DNA of 64,000 nt, from positions 1,623,518 to 1,687,517 of the forward strand of contig MU053810.1 of the NCBI GenBank assembly GCA_013239625.1, given 5' to 3'. The notes under the pieces are model-generated. The model saw only the letters and a list, made by a program, of their open reading frames with translations. It had not been told where the DNA came from and did no database searches. Shown here piece by piece: positions 1-15,170 of the stretch; positions within the stretch are counted from its first letter, which is position 1; every line of letters starts with the position of its first letter. The translations under genes and the position numbers were made by a program. The stretch comes from Lama guanicoe. Its lineage: Eukaryota.

Positions 1-142
1 GCCAGGATTAATGTAGAGACAAGGCGTCATCTAAACCAAGTCACCGAAAGAGAGTTAGAACGTAGCCAGGTATCAAGGTATTTCTAGCCAGAGAGTTTTG
101 CACAGATAAGCAGGGCAAGATTTTAAATTCCCTTTTATGCTA

Positions 143-513
143 TGTCTTAGTCCATTCAGGCTGCTATAACAAAAATGCCATAGACTGGGTGGCTTAAATG
201 ATGAACATTGATTTCTCTCAGTTCTGCAGAGTAGGAAGCCCAAAATCGAGGGGCAGATTTGGCAGATTTGGTGTCTGATGAGACCTCACTTCCTGGTTCA
301 CAGGGGGCCATCTTTCTGCTGTGTCCTTCCATGGCAGAAGGAGCTGGAGAGCTCCCTGGGGTTCTCTTTTATGAGGGCACTCCTCCCATTCATGAGGACT
401 CCACCCTCATGGCCTAGTCACTTCCCAAACACCCCACCTCCTAATACCATGGCACCGGGGATTAGGTATCAATATATGAATTTTGTGGGGACACAAATGT
501 TCAGTTCGTAACA
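143..513 (-). mobile_element. MaLR solo LTR (MLT1A-like)
   Basis: tgtcttagtccattcaggctgctataacaaaa..ccatagactgggtggctta..gggacacaaatgttcagttcgtaaca, typical MLT1 termini. Confidence 0.85.
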
Positions 514-3500
514 CTATGCTAAGGTGTTTTGAATTTGTCAGGCAGGTACTTGGAAGCTGCTGAAGGATTTTAAATAGGGAGAGGCAAGATTGTATCGGTG
601 CTCCTAGAATATTGCTCTGAGTGGGAAGTGGATCCGAAGCCCAAATCTAAGGGGTGGGAAGATGAATTAAATTGAGATGAGAATTATTGTGAGGTAGAAT
701 GAGATAGAAGTTAGAGGAACGCTGTTGACGGGGATGTGGATTTTAGTAACGTTTCGATTTCTAGTGAATCACTTACATTAACCACTATGACTGAAGTTTC
801 CCCAAACTTCTGGCACTAGCTTGATTCTGAGGGCCACTTTCGGATCCTTCTCATTCCTTTCCCTGGCAGGGTTTCCTGCTGCATCCTTGACAGCACCCAT
901 CTCTTACAGGTTGGGAACTGGCCTCATTTCTTCAACTCTGTATTGCCAAAGTTTGTATGTGAACTGACCACAAAATCTATTTCAGTCTCTTTTGTCTTGG
1001 CGATACATATTTTTAAATTTATAATTTAATCCCATTCATTTTCTTTTAGCATATTGATGATTTTTGGTTTTCAAAAAAGAAAATGCACTGAAAATAGTAA
1101 ATCAGGCAGAATTATTGCTCTTCGTCTAAAAAGATAATGAGGATTAAAATAGAGTATCATCTATCTTGCTCAATTATAGATTATTCTTAGCTTGACATGT
1201 TAGTTCTTTATTGAAACAAAAATGGAAAAAGATCCATAACCGTCCTTCCAAGAGCTCCGTAAAGAATAACTGAATTACCTCTATGATGCCTCACTGTCAG
1301 TTAATGGAGTTTACTTACAGTGAGAGCATGGTGATCATCTTCAGAATGATACATATAAGCTGTAAATTTAATAGGTGTGTGATTAGCCATATGATTTATT
1401 TTTAGAACAAGAATTATGTTTTAGAGTGAATAATATTTTAGCATTCTCCATATACGAGGAGAAACATCCTATTTAATGTCATAGGTCTAGATCTTTATCT
1501 AATTGATTTTTAAAAATCATGCTGAAAAACCACATTAATTGTTTCGGTTGCCTTTGTATGTTGAGGAAAGGGCTCAGGGAGAGGAAGCAAGTGGCCACTA
1601 AGATGGGCTGGAACCCGGGAGCGAAAGAGCCAACAGGTGCGTGAGTCTCCCTTTCTCCTGCTGCCCGTGGACACAGTGGAACAGCGGTCCAGGCCAGGAT
1701 GTGTCCATTTGCTTTTGTTCTTTATTGGGCAAGTCTGAGAGGAGCATCGATGGGAAACACACCCTGCAGAATCGAGCGCCAAGCAGTCCAGGCTTACCTG
1801 CCAGCAGGCTAGGAAGGGCCGGCACCTGAGTTGGGGTTGCCAGGTCCCAGTCATGTTGAGTCAGGCTCAGTTCATCTCCTTGCCAGGGGTGTAACTTATC
1901 TTCCCAGCTATCTGGTTTCTGGGCAGCAAAGAGAGAGCTTTGGGGCTCATTCATTAGACCATCCTGTTCTGTATTCCTGGGCTATGCCATAAGGACCAGT
2001 CTTTTGTGTGGGTTTTTTTTTTTTTCAGAATCAGAAACAGAATAACAAAGTGATTGTAGCTCAAAGACTAAATAGGTCTGAGTTGGTACAGGCATGCCAG
2101 TAGCGTGCGTTTTATCACTACCTCTAGGAGAGTATCGGGGCCACCACTTATTCCCATAAAGATCTGTAGCATAATGAGTCAGCCAGCCCCTGTGATGTGA
2201 ACTTAATTTTCAGAAATGTTAGTACCGACTGAGTACACTATATCACACCAGGCCTTTGCCATTTATTTACCTAACAAGTGAATGTACACTCCACAATTTA
2301 GCACCAACGCCTTGGAAAAATAGACTAGGCCTCTGAAAAACAATGATGTTCAGTAGTTTTAGGTGGCACCCAGAAAGTTCTATGGAACTTTGTCAAAGAT
2401 GTCTCACGTATCTTTGCCAGATACCGTGACGAAGATGGATACATTAATGAGGTCTACACATAAGTGGGCCATTACAAATATAGGAGGTATTTTAAGATTT
2501 CTGATGATTTAAACTTATGATATGAAAAATTGTATTTTTGTCTTAAGCAATGATGTCTGCTATGTTTTGCTAAGTGTTCAGGGACCTTTTGCTTCACCTT
2601 ACATTTCTGAAGCAGTTTTGAGGTAGATAAGGCCTCTTTATAGCAAACCCTGCGTGTGTGTATTCATATTCTTTGCTTTCGCATTTGTCTTAAAGAAAGT
2701 TGCTCTGTGCCACTCTGTACTCCACTAAGGAAGGCATCAAATATCCGAAGGCCCTTTTAAGAAAGTGTGGTTAACATTCAGAATGAAAAGAGACTGCCTT
2801 AATTTTCTTTTTGTGTAACCCTGAAAGAAAACCTTTCTGTTCATGCCCCAGCGATGCACAGATGTCTGAATCTGTCTAGAAACAAGAGACAAATTGAACT
2901 TTGCAGCCCTTGGGAACAGTAGTTTTGAGCTATTTTCTGTATGGTGTTTCAAGCCTGAGCTATTAACTTGAAATAATAGTTTGGAATCCATGGCACTGAA
3001 TTGAATCAATGGATTAAATATTGCTGAAACGATTTCTCTTCTACAATTAATTTCTAGTAAATACATGAACTTCATGTATTTACACAATCTCTAGCTTAAA
3101 AAGCAAAGCTATAGAAAACACTGACATTCACCTGTTCAACAACAACTCTATCTATCAATCACCTGTCTATATTATTTGGCATCCACAATGCTGATCCCAC
3201 TTGTGGCCAAAGGAATTTGAATGGAAAACTTGCAAAGTGAATTTCTAACTGCTTAAATTAAACATTTCACTTCATCCCAGCACCTTTTATTACAGAAATC
3301 CTTGAGTACTTCCAACACTAAAAATATTTCATCTTGTGCTAGGATTTTCTACTTAAATATAATGCTGCCTAACCTTTTAGGGTTTCATGAATTCTGTTCT
3401 GGAAAATTTTACAGTTTTTAAAGATGAATGTAATGATTTGTGATTGTCAATTTTTTTCTTTAAGAAAATTTTAGGTTAAAATATTTTCCAGTTTTCTTGG

Positions 3501-6500
3501 GTTAGAGTGCTTTGCACACTATTCATATGTGAATGCAAATCTTTAATTATTCTGTCATATAAAACAAGTATAGGGCAAAAGATGATTTAAAATTTCATTT
3601 TCTGAAAATGTTTACAAGGAGCACTAACAAACTTTTCCAAGGAACTCAAAACAGTTAATTTGCTTGTTGTAAATAGTGTTATGGAATGATCTGTTATCTT
3701 AAAAATCAAGTATAAACAATCATTTTCTCTTTCTTAAATACCAGTTGAACAAAGAACATAACTTGTCATCTTTCCCTGTCCATTGAATAATCAGGTATCT
3801 CTTTATCATTTTTACAAACGAATAGGATTAATCTCTACCAGAATAGAAGGGTGTCATATTCAAATGGGAAAAGTGCAATTCAAAGAGTAAGAAAACACTT
3901 TATGAATAAATACAGAAATGAGCCAGGCCGAGGTGATAAGTATTCATTAGAAAATTTTCTCACAGTACTAACTGGACCATGTGATAACACAATTATATTC
4001 TAAAGTTAAATAAAATTTTAGACACATTTTATATTTTCCCTGTACCTCAAAAACTCTGCGGAAAGTAGTAATTTCCACCCTAAACCTAAGGAAATAAAAT
4101 AATCAATACATTCAAAAGTCCCTCCTCCTTTCCTCCTGCCAACAGTCCATCCAACGCACCTCTATTAAGTCAGAAGACTTTAGAAAGCAGCTTCAGTTAA
4201 GTTACTTACTGGTCCACAAAGAACTTTAACAGAAATCAAAATCACTTTTGCCTTGATAGTTCAAATGTAATTTTGCCTCTTCGAATAGGTTTGCTATGGT
4301 CTGAGAAGACTTAAAATGTATTTGACATGCTTTGTTCAGGCAGCTGAGTTGCTGAACAATCATAATTGCACTGAAAGGATTTTTTTTTTAAATTTTGCTT
4401 TGTAGAGATGTATTTCTTACCTTGTTATTAAAAGAGAGAATTGTGATATTTTCTCAATTTAAGTCATTTGCATAAAAAGACCAAAAAAACTCTCCGTTTT
4501 GATTTCCTTAAGAAAAAATGTTTAAACGTCTTCAAAGGGAACTTTTTTTTTTCAGTTGGTGCTCACTTGCGAATGCAAATTACAGTAAGTGGTAAATGAC
4601 TGTGAGACTGTTCTTCTTGATTTTCTATTGACTTTTTAAGTGTTGGTAGTAAAGATTCTGGTAAGAGAAAATGATTTCCAACTTTGAAACAGTCCCTAAA
4701 ACCAGAGCAAGGTGCAAGTTGACAGCGCAGGGGTAGAATCGGGGACGGACATTCACTTTCTCACTCTGTTTATTTTTATTGTAGCCGTGCTTTCCTACCA
4801 GCGATCTTCCGTCCAGCCAGCAGCCTCTGTACCCCATGTATCATTGTCTTCCTTTGGGCTGCAGTTGCAAAATTAAAAACCAAAGAACCTGGCATTGTAG
4901 ATAGTGATTTTAAAAAATCTTTATGTGTAGGCAAGGTTGGTATATAGTATAGATTTTTTCAAAGCCCTTACATAGAAGTTTTGGCTATCGGTAAATGTAT
5001 GTTTGCGAATGTTGTCTATGTATGGTTGTGTGTTTTGTGTGTGTGTGGTTGTGTACGCATACGTGCGTGTACATTATTCTTAATCCTTGTAAATAAAAAT
5101 CACCTCCTTAGGGGAAAATTAATGGTGGCTGGATAGCCCCTTCTACCTGACACTTAGACACTTGAATTAGGAGTCTTATTTCCCTGAGCAAAAACCAGTA
5201 TGTTTTTTTTTCCCATGGGGACAATACAAATTAAACAGCTACCCAGAGGACCTGCCAAGACTCCCTTTTGCTTCAATGAATGCCTCAAGCTTTCAGTACG
5301 CTCTTTAGATTACGGCTCTGGAGGATAAGGATGAGACTCAATGAAGGGAATCAAGGCACAATGGACTCTTTGAAATAATGAGGATTAGAAATTATGAAAA
5401 CTGGAAAAGACATGCGAATGTGGACTCAAGGCAGTGGGGCTTCTCTGTCCTGTCTGCCTTCACTCTATCCCTTTCTGCACACGCACACGACCCCTTGTTC
5501 ACCTGGGTCAGGTCTCTCTCCATCACCGTGGGCCCTCTTCTTCCTCACTGGCAAATCGGCCTTTCCCCTCAACCACGTTATTTCTCTCGACTAGAAACTC
5601 ATGTTACCACTGACAACCTGTGTTGTCTGAAATCATTATCTCATGTCTCTGTTCCTGCGAGGCCACAGGAGAAATATAAACTAGGTTCTCTGCCAGAATA
5701 AGTGGAAGGGCCTCTCTACTTAAAGCAAGGTTTGGCAAGTGAAATTCTGTGGATATCACTGCACATCACAGAGCCAAGAAACGACCAGACTCTTTCAAAA
5801 GACCCAGTCTAGGGCAATCCAGCTCAGATGACAACCTCCGCGAGGCATGAAACCCTGCTGGATCTTTTGTTGACGGTCATAAAGCATTCATCGGTTTGAA
5901 GTAAATTTTACTGAATGCAGGGAGAGTAGTATTTAACTGAGGGTTAGGCATAAAAATCCGGAAAGGATAGACTTGACTTCCTCTTTGACCAAGAAAACCA
6001 AGAGTCTACTTGTGGCTTGGACTGCGAGTAAAACAGGATGTGACACGAACTAGAACGAGATTGCCAACAAATTCTGACATTTTTGTTGGCCATTTCCACA
6101 TCCAAATGAGTAGTGAAGTGGGGTCTGGGATTCTAGCTTGCCCACTGGGATTCTTGGTACATGAGTAAATTGGTTTTCACACTCAGGTGACCTGAACACC
6201 ATTGTATTCTGCAAAAGAAGGGATGAAGAATGAGGGAAAGTAAGGTGGTGACGGAGAAAGCGTTTACCCCATGGTGGTGGTGCATGTCCTCCGTGCCTGC
6301 CTGGAAGTGGGCTCATTTCCACCGGAGTCCCCCATCTGCTTGTGCCCCTTGAAGCTGATGCTACCCACACAAAGTGTCCTCCCCACCCCCTCTAAACTGT
6401 ATTTTTGGAGAGTTACAGATTTGAGGCTGTCCACAAGCAAAATGGTAGTCAGAGGCAGCGGAGCACCGATACTGGCAGCATCGCTCCTCGCAGCATTCTG

Positions 6501-8850
6501 GGACAGAGCAGAGAGGAGCCACCCACCGCAGTGTGCAAAGGCCAGGGCACACCTGCAGGAAAGGTGTCCTCCAGGCTTCAGGGAACTGCTGCCGCCTCTG
6601 CCCTGACTTCAGTCATTTTGCTCCTACCGTGGCTGTTTTCATCCACTTTGCTGCCTTTTTTTGTGCTTCACCTCTCGGGCAACCACAAATCAAAATGCTG
6701 CAAAAGCACACATGCCTGGAGACAAAGAGACAGGCACAGAGAACAGAGAAGCACTTACTGATTTCTGTCCCTGCCAGGGATGATAGAAAACCCGAAGCCA
6801 CTGCTGTGACTCTTAAACCGCCTGCCTTGGGTGCTAATTGGGCTTCCTCGGGTGACAGCAGGCGTTATAGTGCTGCTGGATGGTCATGGGCCACGAGGCA
6901 AGAAAAGTGGGATAAGCTTATCAAACACTGGATCCTTCCAGGTTCATGCACTCACTTACTCCTTGGTGAATCACCGGTGACCCCAGGCGTCCTTTAACAG
7001 AGTAATCCATGTGTTAGCCTCCTGTGGGGGGTCAGGAGAGACCTGTTTCCAAGTTCCCCAGTAATGCGATCGATCTAGAATTTTTCTTCCCATATTCTTG
7101 TTGGCTTGTACATCTGCCTACTTCTAACGCGAAGTAATCGAATTCCATTTAACAAAAAATAGCTGTATTAACCACTGTTTTGGATTGGTTACTGCCTTTC
7201 ACTTCATAAAGACGTCCTCCAAACAGAATTCCATATAGTGCATTAGGTTTCCCCTTGCTAAATTACTAGCACATTCCCCAAATCTGTTGTCCTGGCATTT
7301 CAGTACAATTGCCTTGATTGGGTTCTAAGGAGTCTTCAGTCCCATATTTAAAGATAACCGTTGGATTTGTATTCAGTTGGCTAATTAGAGCCCTTGGGGT
7401 CATGGTGATAACAGTCCAAGAAAGGTACATAGTTTTATATATATATGAAAAAAAGACATCAGCACATGTGGCAGGATTCATTGCAAGGGACTCTTCCCGG
7501 ATCTAGGAGAAGCTGGGGCATGGGGGCAGGGCAGACCCAAATAAGAATGCTCAGCCTGATCGGGCAGCTGCCACCCAGCTGCGGCAGACTGGGGCCATGC
7601 AGGAACGTGGGGACAGGTTGCCAGACCTTCAAGTTTCTCAGGAGATATCCAAGCACTTAAATGTTAGTTATTCATTCTTTCTTTTTCCTTTAATCACAGG
7701 TAGACCGATACAATGATGGCAAAATAAAATATGTCCGTAGGCCCATCTGTCCAATGGGCCACCAGGTGCTTTTGCTAGTATATACCAAACAAAACACTAA
7801 GCACATTCTTAATTGATATAAACTTACTGGATCATCTCCCAGAGGTTCTGGGAGTCACCTCGCTGTTGCCGTCATGTGTACCCCAGAGGGGCTTACGCTG
7901 TGTGGAGTTGAAGTCAATCAAATACAATATGGTTCTTGGGTATACATACAGATCTCTTCCATCCTGCTTTTCTTCTATGCTTATTTTGTGCAAGTATGGT
8001 CCTGGGGGACTGCATCCTGGTGCTTCCATTGAAAATACATTATTGAAAACAAGAAGTGAAAGATGGCTTTTAGAGGTCTCACCTTCACTGGTTATTTTGA
8101 AGGAAGTTTCCAAGATTCTTTTTTGTTCTTCTGAAATATTACAGTGTATGAAGTTGAAGCCATGAGAAATCTACTGCTTGGTTATGATTGATTCAGTATT
8201 CCAAGTTTTCAAAAATATTTAGACACAGTGAGAGAAACTTTTATATTTTCTATTAATTGCGTATAAATATTGTAATTTAAGCAAGGACATTTCTTCAAGT
8301 AATCGTCTTCTTCTGTTTCCCCTGGAAGACTGAAACGTCCAATAAGACAGGTGCAGAAAGCCAAAATGATTTGAAACGTTGGCAAAACATTCAACTTCTA
8401 ATAAGACAGAAGTGTGCTCTGGTCTATGCATATAACTAGCTTGCTAAAAAAATTAATAAATAGCAAATGGATTAAACTGTATGATTATGTGATCGCCATG
8501 AATTCAATAGCATTGTGTATATGTAGAACTGCCATAGCATTTCTAATTTTCACATAGATTTAGAGGGAAAAAATGAAAGTCAAATAACGGACAGGGGAGA
8601 GCAAACTTTTACTCTGAGGCTTTGCATTTCTTTTCAATGTTATAGCAGTTTCAACAGATACAGATGGTACCTTATATACAAAACGCTTGCCTAAGAAGTA
8701 TGATGAAGTAACAGGGGCTCCGCTTAGATTACTGGCCAAGCCAGCACAAGGACCCACACCCCCTGTTTGTGGCCCCCACTGCCAGCCAGCCCCTTCCTGT
8801 GCACCACCACGCTGCCACTGTCTCTCTTGTTCTGAGTAATTGACATCTGG

Positions 8851-9205
8851 TGCTGTGGACTGAGTTGTACCATCTCCCTCAGTCCATGTGCTGAAGCCCT
8901 CATCGCCAGTCTGACTATATTTGGAGGCAGGGTTTTTAGGAGGTAATTGAGGTTAAATAAGTTCATAAGGGTGGGGTCCTAATCTGACAAGATTGGTGGC
9001 CTTAGAGGAAGAGGAGGAGGGAGCGCTCTCTCTCCATGCACACACACCCAGGAAAGGCCCGGTGAGAACACGGCGAGAAGGCAGCTGTAAGAGGGTTCTA
9101 CCCAGTATCTGCTCAGGCTGGCACCCTGGTCTCAGACTTCCAGCCTCTGGAACTATGAGAAGGGTCTGTGTTATTGAGTTCTGGCAGCCCGAGGGGACTA
9201 AGACA
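8851..9205 (+). mobile_element. MaLR solo LTR (MLT1A/B-like)
   Basis: tgctgtggactga..gaggttaaataagttcataagggtggggtcctaatc..gacttccagcctctggaactatgaga..gactaagaca, with near-TSD tctgg/cctgg. Confidence 0.85.
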
Positions 9206-10589
9206 CCTGGGAGGTATGGGGAGAGAACTTGCTACATGACGTTTTCTGAAAAGGGTCTGCGTAAAGTTTCCAACACTTAAACATGTAACTTTCCCATCGG
9301 AACTTAGCTACTTCTTAATGCGAACTCTACTCTTCAGTCAGAGACAGGCCCCTGGATCCCCACAGCAAAAATCTTGCATTGTATCTTCTTCCCCCCCATT
9401 TCCTTATGGTGCATTTCCCAGTGAACTCCTGATCGTTTACCTTGTCAAGGAAGGCGGCCATTCCAATTTACCAGAGTGTGCACTTTCTCTTTCTTTATGG
9501 ACTGCCTATTTGTGGTGCAGGAGAAATTCCTTAACCTCTTTTCTGTATTCATTGTCATGGTCAATTATTTGTAAAGAATATTTCCTTAATGGTCTGAAAG
9601 TTTTGGCTATAATGTTTTGGAAACTGAATGCTGTAGCTGAATTTTTCACATTCCGTACATGTGGACAGAGTTGCTTCCTTCAGCACATACATCCTTCAAT
9701 AATCATAATGCCTGGTGAGAAAATTAAACATCAATTGACAACACTTTCCTCCTTGCAACCCCGATACCCTTATTCAGAATGAGACATATAAGGGAAATAG
9801 TGTCCTAAGAGCTCGGGTGCACATGAGTACAAGCCAGAGACAGACCGCAGAAGGGAAAGACAGGGAGACAGGGAAGAAGGAAAAAAAAAAATCTAGATCT
9901 TTTTTGGAAAATTCAGGTTGATCTTAGGTTATTTCCTATGTGAATAGCAATTTGTTTATTTAGTCCCCATTACTTCAGGAAGTATTTTTTAAACATAGCT
10001 AAACTAAATGTAGTTGAAATATGCTTAAAGATAGTTAAATAATCTGAGATATTATCAAATACATTTCTTATCCAAGTACATGAAACTTACCCATAACGTC
10101 CCCAACAGCCTTTGCTCAAAGTGTCTTAATGAGAATTGCATCCTTTTTTGAGAGAGAAAATTTTGGTTTTGGTATCTTAAATTGTTTGTTTTCTCATCCT
10201 TGGACAAATATTTCATTCCCAGCACATTTACAGATGAACCTCCGGACAAAGTAAGTCCAGTTCCCCTTTGTCATCCAGTGGACTCGTCCCCATTTATTTC
10301 TCACACAACTTGACCTACAAGACCTCAACCATTTAGGTCTTTCTCCTCTAGCCACACTTCATTTATTTCATTTGTTATTGAAATACTGAACTCACAATTG
10401 TACTGGGCAAGAATTTGCATGAAACGATCATGCAGCTGACTAACAATTGTCCCTCAGCTCGCCATTGGGAAAAAAGTACAAATTTATTTAGACGCTATAC
10501 ATTTATCTATAAACTGACATTTAGGAACTCAGAATACATTTCTTTTTTTTTTTTACAAGATAAAACAATTAGGTTCCTAGGATTCTTTC

Positions 10590-11170
10590 ATCTGTTTATT
10601 CATTTTCTCATTCAACAGATATTTAGTCAACGCAAGTTGTTCATATTTTTTGTAAATAAAGCAGATATGAAACATATGCCTTCTTGGAACTTACAGTTAA
10701 GTGAAGTGGATAAAAATAAAGTAAATAAATCAATCTAGAATCACAACTATGAAGGGACAAAGTGGGCACAGAGATAAGAGCTATTGGCTGGGGGTGCCAG
10801 GGGGCTTCTGAGACAAGACAGTCGGGTAGGACATCTCCAATGAGGTGAAATTTATTTTGACATAAGTGGGGGAGCTACGGGGACGGAACATCCCAGGTAG
10901 GGAAGGTAGCATTTTGAGAAGGTTGTGAGCAGGGAGGGGTAGATATATTCCAGGAACTGAGAGAGAAGGCCAAGACGCCAAGATGGGCGGGGAGACAGCC
11001 TGGGGCTCAAGTCCAAGGCCGGAGATCTTTGAAAGCCCCGAGAGGGAGTTTGCATTTATGGACTTCCTGGGCATTATTTGTACCAGGAACAGCCTGATCC
11101 CCACAGGACCCTCAGAGGCTGCTTTCTGGAAAAAGGATTAGATCAGTGACATATAAGTAAAGCCTGCCAC
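10590..11170 (-). mobile_element. L2 LINE remnant
   Basis: ttcattttctcattcaacagatatttag..ggaacttacagtt.. and purine-rich L2-like body. Boundaries approximate. Confidence 0.5.
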
Positions 11171-13881
11171 CCCCACATCCCTGTTTTGAGGAGCTCATGG
11201 CGGCTGTGTCTGCACAGTATTCAGTAGCAACCAGAATGACCTTAGGACTTCTTTAGAGCCCTGTGCCAAGAAGAAATGTTAAGCACATGCAAATACTCAT
11301 TTGCTAGATTCATTATTATTATCGCTTTCTGGGCGAGGGAAAGGAGAGTTTTGACTTTGCAGATGGAAACCTTGCAACCTTTTCCTAGAGTCCTTATGAA
11401 TAACGCACACTTTGTCAGAGTCTGAGAAATTCTCCAGGCTGTAGCACAGCAGTTTTATGACCAATGTTTTTGATTCTTCAAAGATGTTCTAATCCCTCTC
11501 CTAAGGGGAAGGAAAAAAACAGTGTGGCAGTGGCCTCTGAAACTTAGGTATCATAAAACCAAAGTGAAAAAAAAAAATAAAACCTCAATGTTTTCATCTG
11601 CAGAGTAATGGCATTTAGAAATATGCATTGTCTACAAACCCTATCACTTCAGAAAAAGAACGCATTAAAAAGAAATAAAACATAATATTAGAGTATATGA
11701 TAGGTAAATAAATGGATCTTTAAAAAAAAACTCATCCTGTGTTCCTTGTTTTCTTCACATTTTATTCTTTGAGAACCGCTGTATTATGAATTCTTTACTG
11801 TGGATCGAAAACTTTCCTCTGTATCATAAATGCTTTGATAAGTATGCAAACAAGTTCTTTTTAGGTAGCCGCTTTCTAAAACACCTTTATTTAAAAGATT
11901 AGTTAGCGAATGATTTTGTTGCTTAATAAGATATTCTGGGGGAAATGATCCCTTCCAATTTTCAAGGCAATCTGTTGGTTGTGCTGCTTTGGCTTTAAAA
12001 CATGATGCCTGCTATTCCTCTACGTGTTTTGCAAAACATGGTTGGCATTATTTTTGCAAGAAAAACCTCCAGGCCATCATGAGTTATATAAAGTCCACTA
12101 CATCAGGGGACCAAATATGTACTGAATTTGTGAAACTATGCCCTACATATTGGACTGATTACTTATAAATCAAGTCAATATAGCCTAATGCAAAGTCCTA
12201 GACTGAACTTTAGATTTTATGATAGTTGTAACAGAACACTGATGTGTTATTCGTTTACAACTGTTCTCAGTCATCTGATTCAGTGGAATATTTATTACAT
12301 TCTTTGCTCTCTGAGTGAACACAAGAATTTTTTTCCAACCCCTTTCCCCATTGTCTCCATCCTTAGTCTCTGGAATAATAATGTTCCTTCCAGGGTACAG
12401 CCCAAAGATAACTTTGACATAAGCTCTCTTCATTTTTTAACCCAGGTCATTTTTAATGTTTTTACCATTAAGCAGTATTCTGAATTTTTTCTACAAATTA
12501 ACTGAATTCATAATATTAACTGGTGATTATTTCTAAGCAGCTTTTATACACATATAGATTAGTGAAGGAAACTACTTGGAGATCCAAATCCAGGCAGAGG
12601 AAATCCATGAACAAGTGGAAATTCTCTACTTATATAAGTATTTGATATACATATAAAGAATTTTGATGTAAGAACATTCAGTTAAGAGTTCCTTTTCCTG
12701 GTTTCTTTTGAACTTTTCACTTGAGATATAAAAATAAATCAAGTCACCCCAGGGTTTGTTATTAATACAATCACTTAATGCCTGTGTGCCCACTAGACTA
12801 TAAACAGACTAAGTGCAGGAACTGTGTCTTTTTCTGTTTATGGTATACTTTTTAAAACCAAAGTCTCCTGAATAAATGCTTTCAGTGTCCTAATATTAAA
12901 GGGAAAGATATTTAATCTAAAAAGACGATTGTTATTTGAACCACAAATACCTGGGAGCAGAGGACGATGTGTCTCTTCTGTGAGTGTCCATCCAAGACTA
13001 TCAAACACGAAAGACAAGAGTGAACTGGTCAATTCAGTCACATGACTCATCCTTTCAAAGGAAAGAAAAAATAAGTGAAGTGGTATCATTTTAGGAAAAT
13101 TGTTCAATTTTTGCTTTTTCTGTGGATCAAGTATAATGACTAAAAATGCATAAAGTTAAACTTCCCAAAGCCGAATCTAACCTCTTTCTACTAAGTGTTA
13201 CTTATAATTATTACTGTGTTCAGTGTAGTCACGTCTAACTCCTTGCATTGCATGTTTTTGTGAAGCCTCGTGATTATGCTTGCAGACTGACTAATGATCT
13301 TTAAAATTCTGTTGATATCTCAAATGATGCAGCACATCCATTGCATTTTTGAAGTTGTTTTATCTTGATACTTGTTTAAAAGCTAGTATACCTGGGGGAA
13401 AGCATAAAATTGTACGTCATATGAATGCAACAGGAACCATGGGATAAAGATGGAAAATTTATACTATTTGGGACATGTACAAATGCAACCTATGAAATAT
13501 TCAGAAAACTCCAGATCTGAGAAATCAGATATTCTCCAGATCTGATATCCATTAAGGAAGAGAAATCTGGACTCAGCCTTCTTTATTGAGATCGATTTCA
13601 ACACAGCTAGAACTTTGAGCAGCATCATTTCAAAAACAGATGAAGGCCTATTTATTATTCCTACAGTTCCCTGGAATATAAACCTTGTTGTATGTGTTTT
13701 GGAAAGTACTAAGCTTGATATTTTAAAAAGCGAAATTCTTAAATTTTGATAAACTCTTCTAATGATAAGTTGAATTTTTAAATGTATTTCTAAAGTCTTT
13801 GTTTCTGTATGATCACTTAGGTATAGAACATTTGAGTTGCAAATTGGAAATTTCAGCTAATAGGTAATATTTGCTCTTGTT

Positions 13882-14030
13882 CAGTGTTTCCCAGACACGT
13901 CCGCCCCTGGGGATCACACTGCATCCAGCCCAGATTCTTATTTAAGTGGTCTGGAGTATGATCTGGGCTTTGGAGGTTATAAAAGATCTCCATGTGATTC
14001 TAATGTGCACACAAGTTTGGGAACCACTGC
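13882..14030. mobile_element. MER5-like hAT-Charlie DNA transposon remnant
   Basis: cagtgtttccca..tgattctaatgtgcacacaagtttgggaaccactg terminal inverted repeats. Confidence 0.7.
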
Positions 14031-14499
14031 TGCAGTTCAAGGGCATTCATTAGCTCATGGTTTTGCCTCACCTGGAGCACTTACTCAAGTACCCAGGAAG
14101 AGAAAGGCAGAAATACAGGTGTGATTTGAATCTGAGAGGCCTTCTCAGTTCACATCTGGTTACTCCCAAGGCCTTGTTCTCTGACCATTGCTATGCACTG
14201 TATCTGGAGACCAATGATGTTTACCTTCCTGTATCTGTCTGTTAGCATTTATACTGACAAACGACATGCAGCTATGCCAAGTTCTTCAAAATGGGGACCG
14301 GCACCGGTTACTCAGAAGTGTCGAGGTTGCCCAGTTATCCTGACTAAATGCTTCAGGGGCACTTTTGAGTCCTCTTCTCCCTCTTAGATACCGGCAAGTC
14401 TTTTGGATTCTTCAGGCTTTCTCACAACAGCCTCTTCCCTTTTGTTCAGCCTCTTGGTAACCTGATAAGAGCTGTTAGGATTTCATTCTTGATTCTTTT

Positions 14500-15170
14500 A
14501 GTCTTTTCTTTGAATTAATTAATTTTTATGCTTTTATTCTTTGTTCTTACAATAGCTTCCAAACCAACGTGTCATTCTAATCTCTCCCTTCTCCAGTCCA
14601 TCCTATTTTTCAGATGGTTCCTTCTAAGTCTATTCTTAACCCATCACTTCCAAGGCTCTCATTTTGCACAGAATCAAGTTCAGACTTTCTAGATTGATGG
14701 TCAGAGGTTTGTGTGATCGACACAATTCTGCACATCAAACAGCGTTCACTTCACACTGCCCTCCACGTGTGTCTGTTGTTCTGGTTAGTTTCTGTAATCT
14801 TCCTAGTTTTCTCTGCTCAGGCGCTCGCTCGGGCACAGACCAGCCCCTCTGACTAGAATTACCTTCTCAATTCATTTTTCAAGGCCCAGATTAAATATCG
14901 TGACTCCTGTGAACCCTATATTTTATCACTAAACCGAACGAGATTTTCTCCTTCTCAGATGCTTATCGAACTGACTGCCATCAGTACAGTCCTTACCTTA
15001 TGCTGCTTGGGAACAGAGAGATGTGCATTCCAGCGTCATCCCACTCTGTGGCAGTTTTCTGCAGAGCAAGGGCTGTATCAGAAACATCGTTTGCCTTTGA
15101 CAGCCAAGAGCTCAAGGCCTCCCACATACATAATCAGTGCATCATAAATATTTGTTAGCTTGAATGAGTG
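14500..15170 (+). mobile_element. L2 LINE 3' remnant
   Basis: Pyrimidine-rich L2 body ending cacatacataatcagtgcatcataaatatttgttagcttgaatgag. Confidence 0.55.

Noticed and set aside
4784..4836. Possible cryptic exon after tttatttttattgtAG
   Set aside because: Acceptor-like, but the donor is poor (cat/gtatca) and no frame matches PLXDC2.
6050..6997. Cluster of overlapping 100-154 aa ORFs
   Set aside because: No recognisable protein, no convincing splice-site pair and no match to recalled PLXDC2 sequence.
9318..9782. 154-aa ATG ORF
   Set aside because: Composition typical of translated intron, with no domain recognised.
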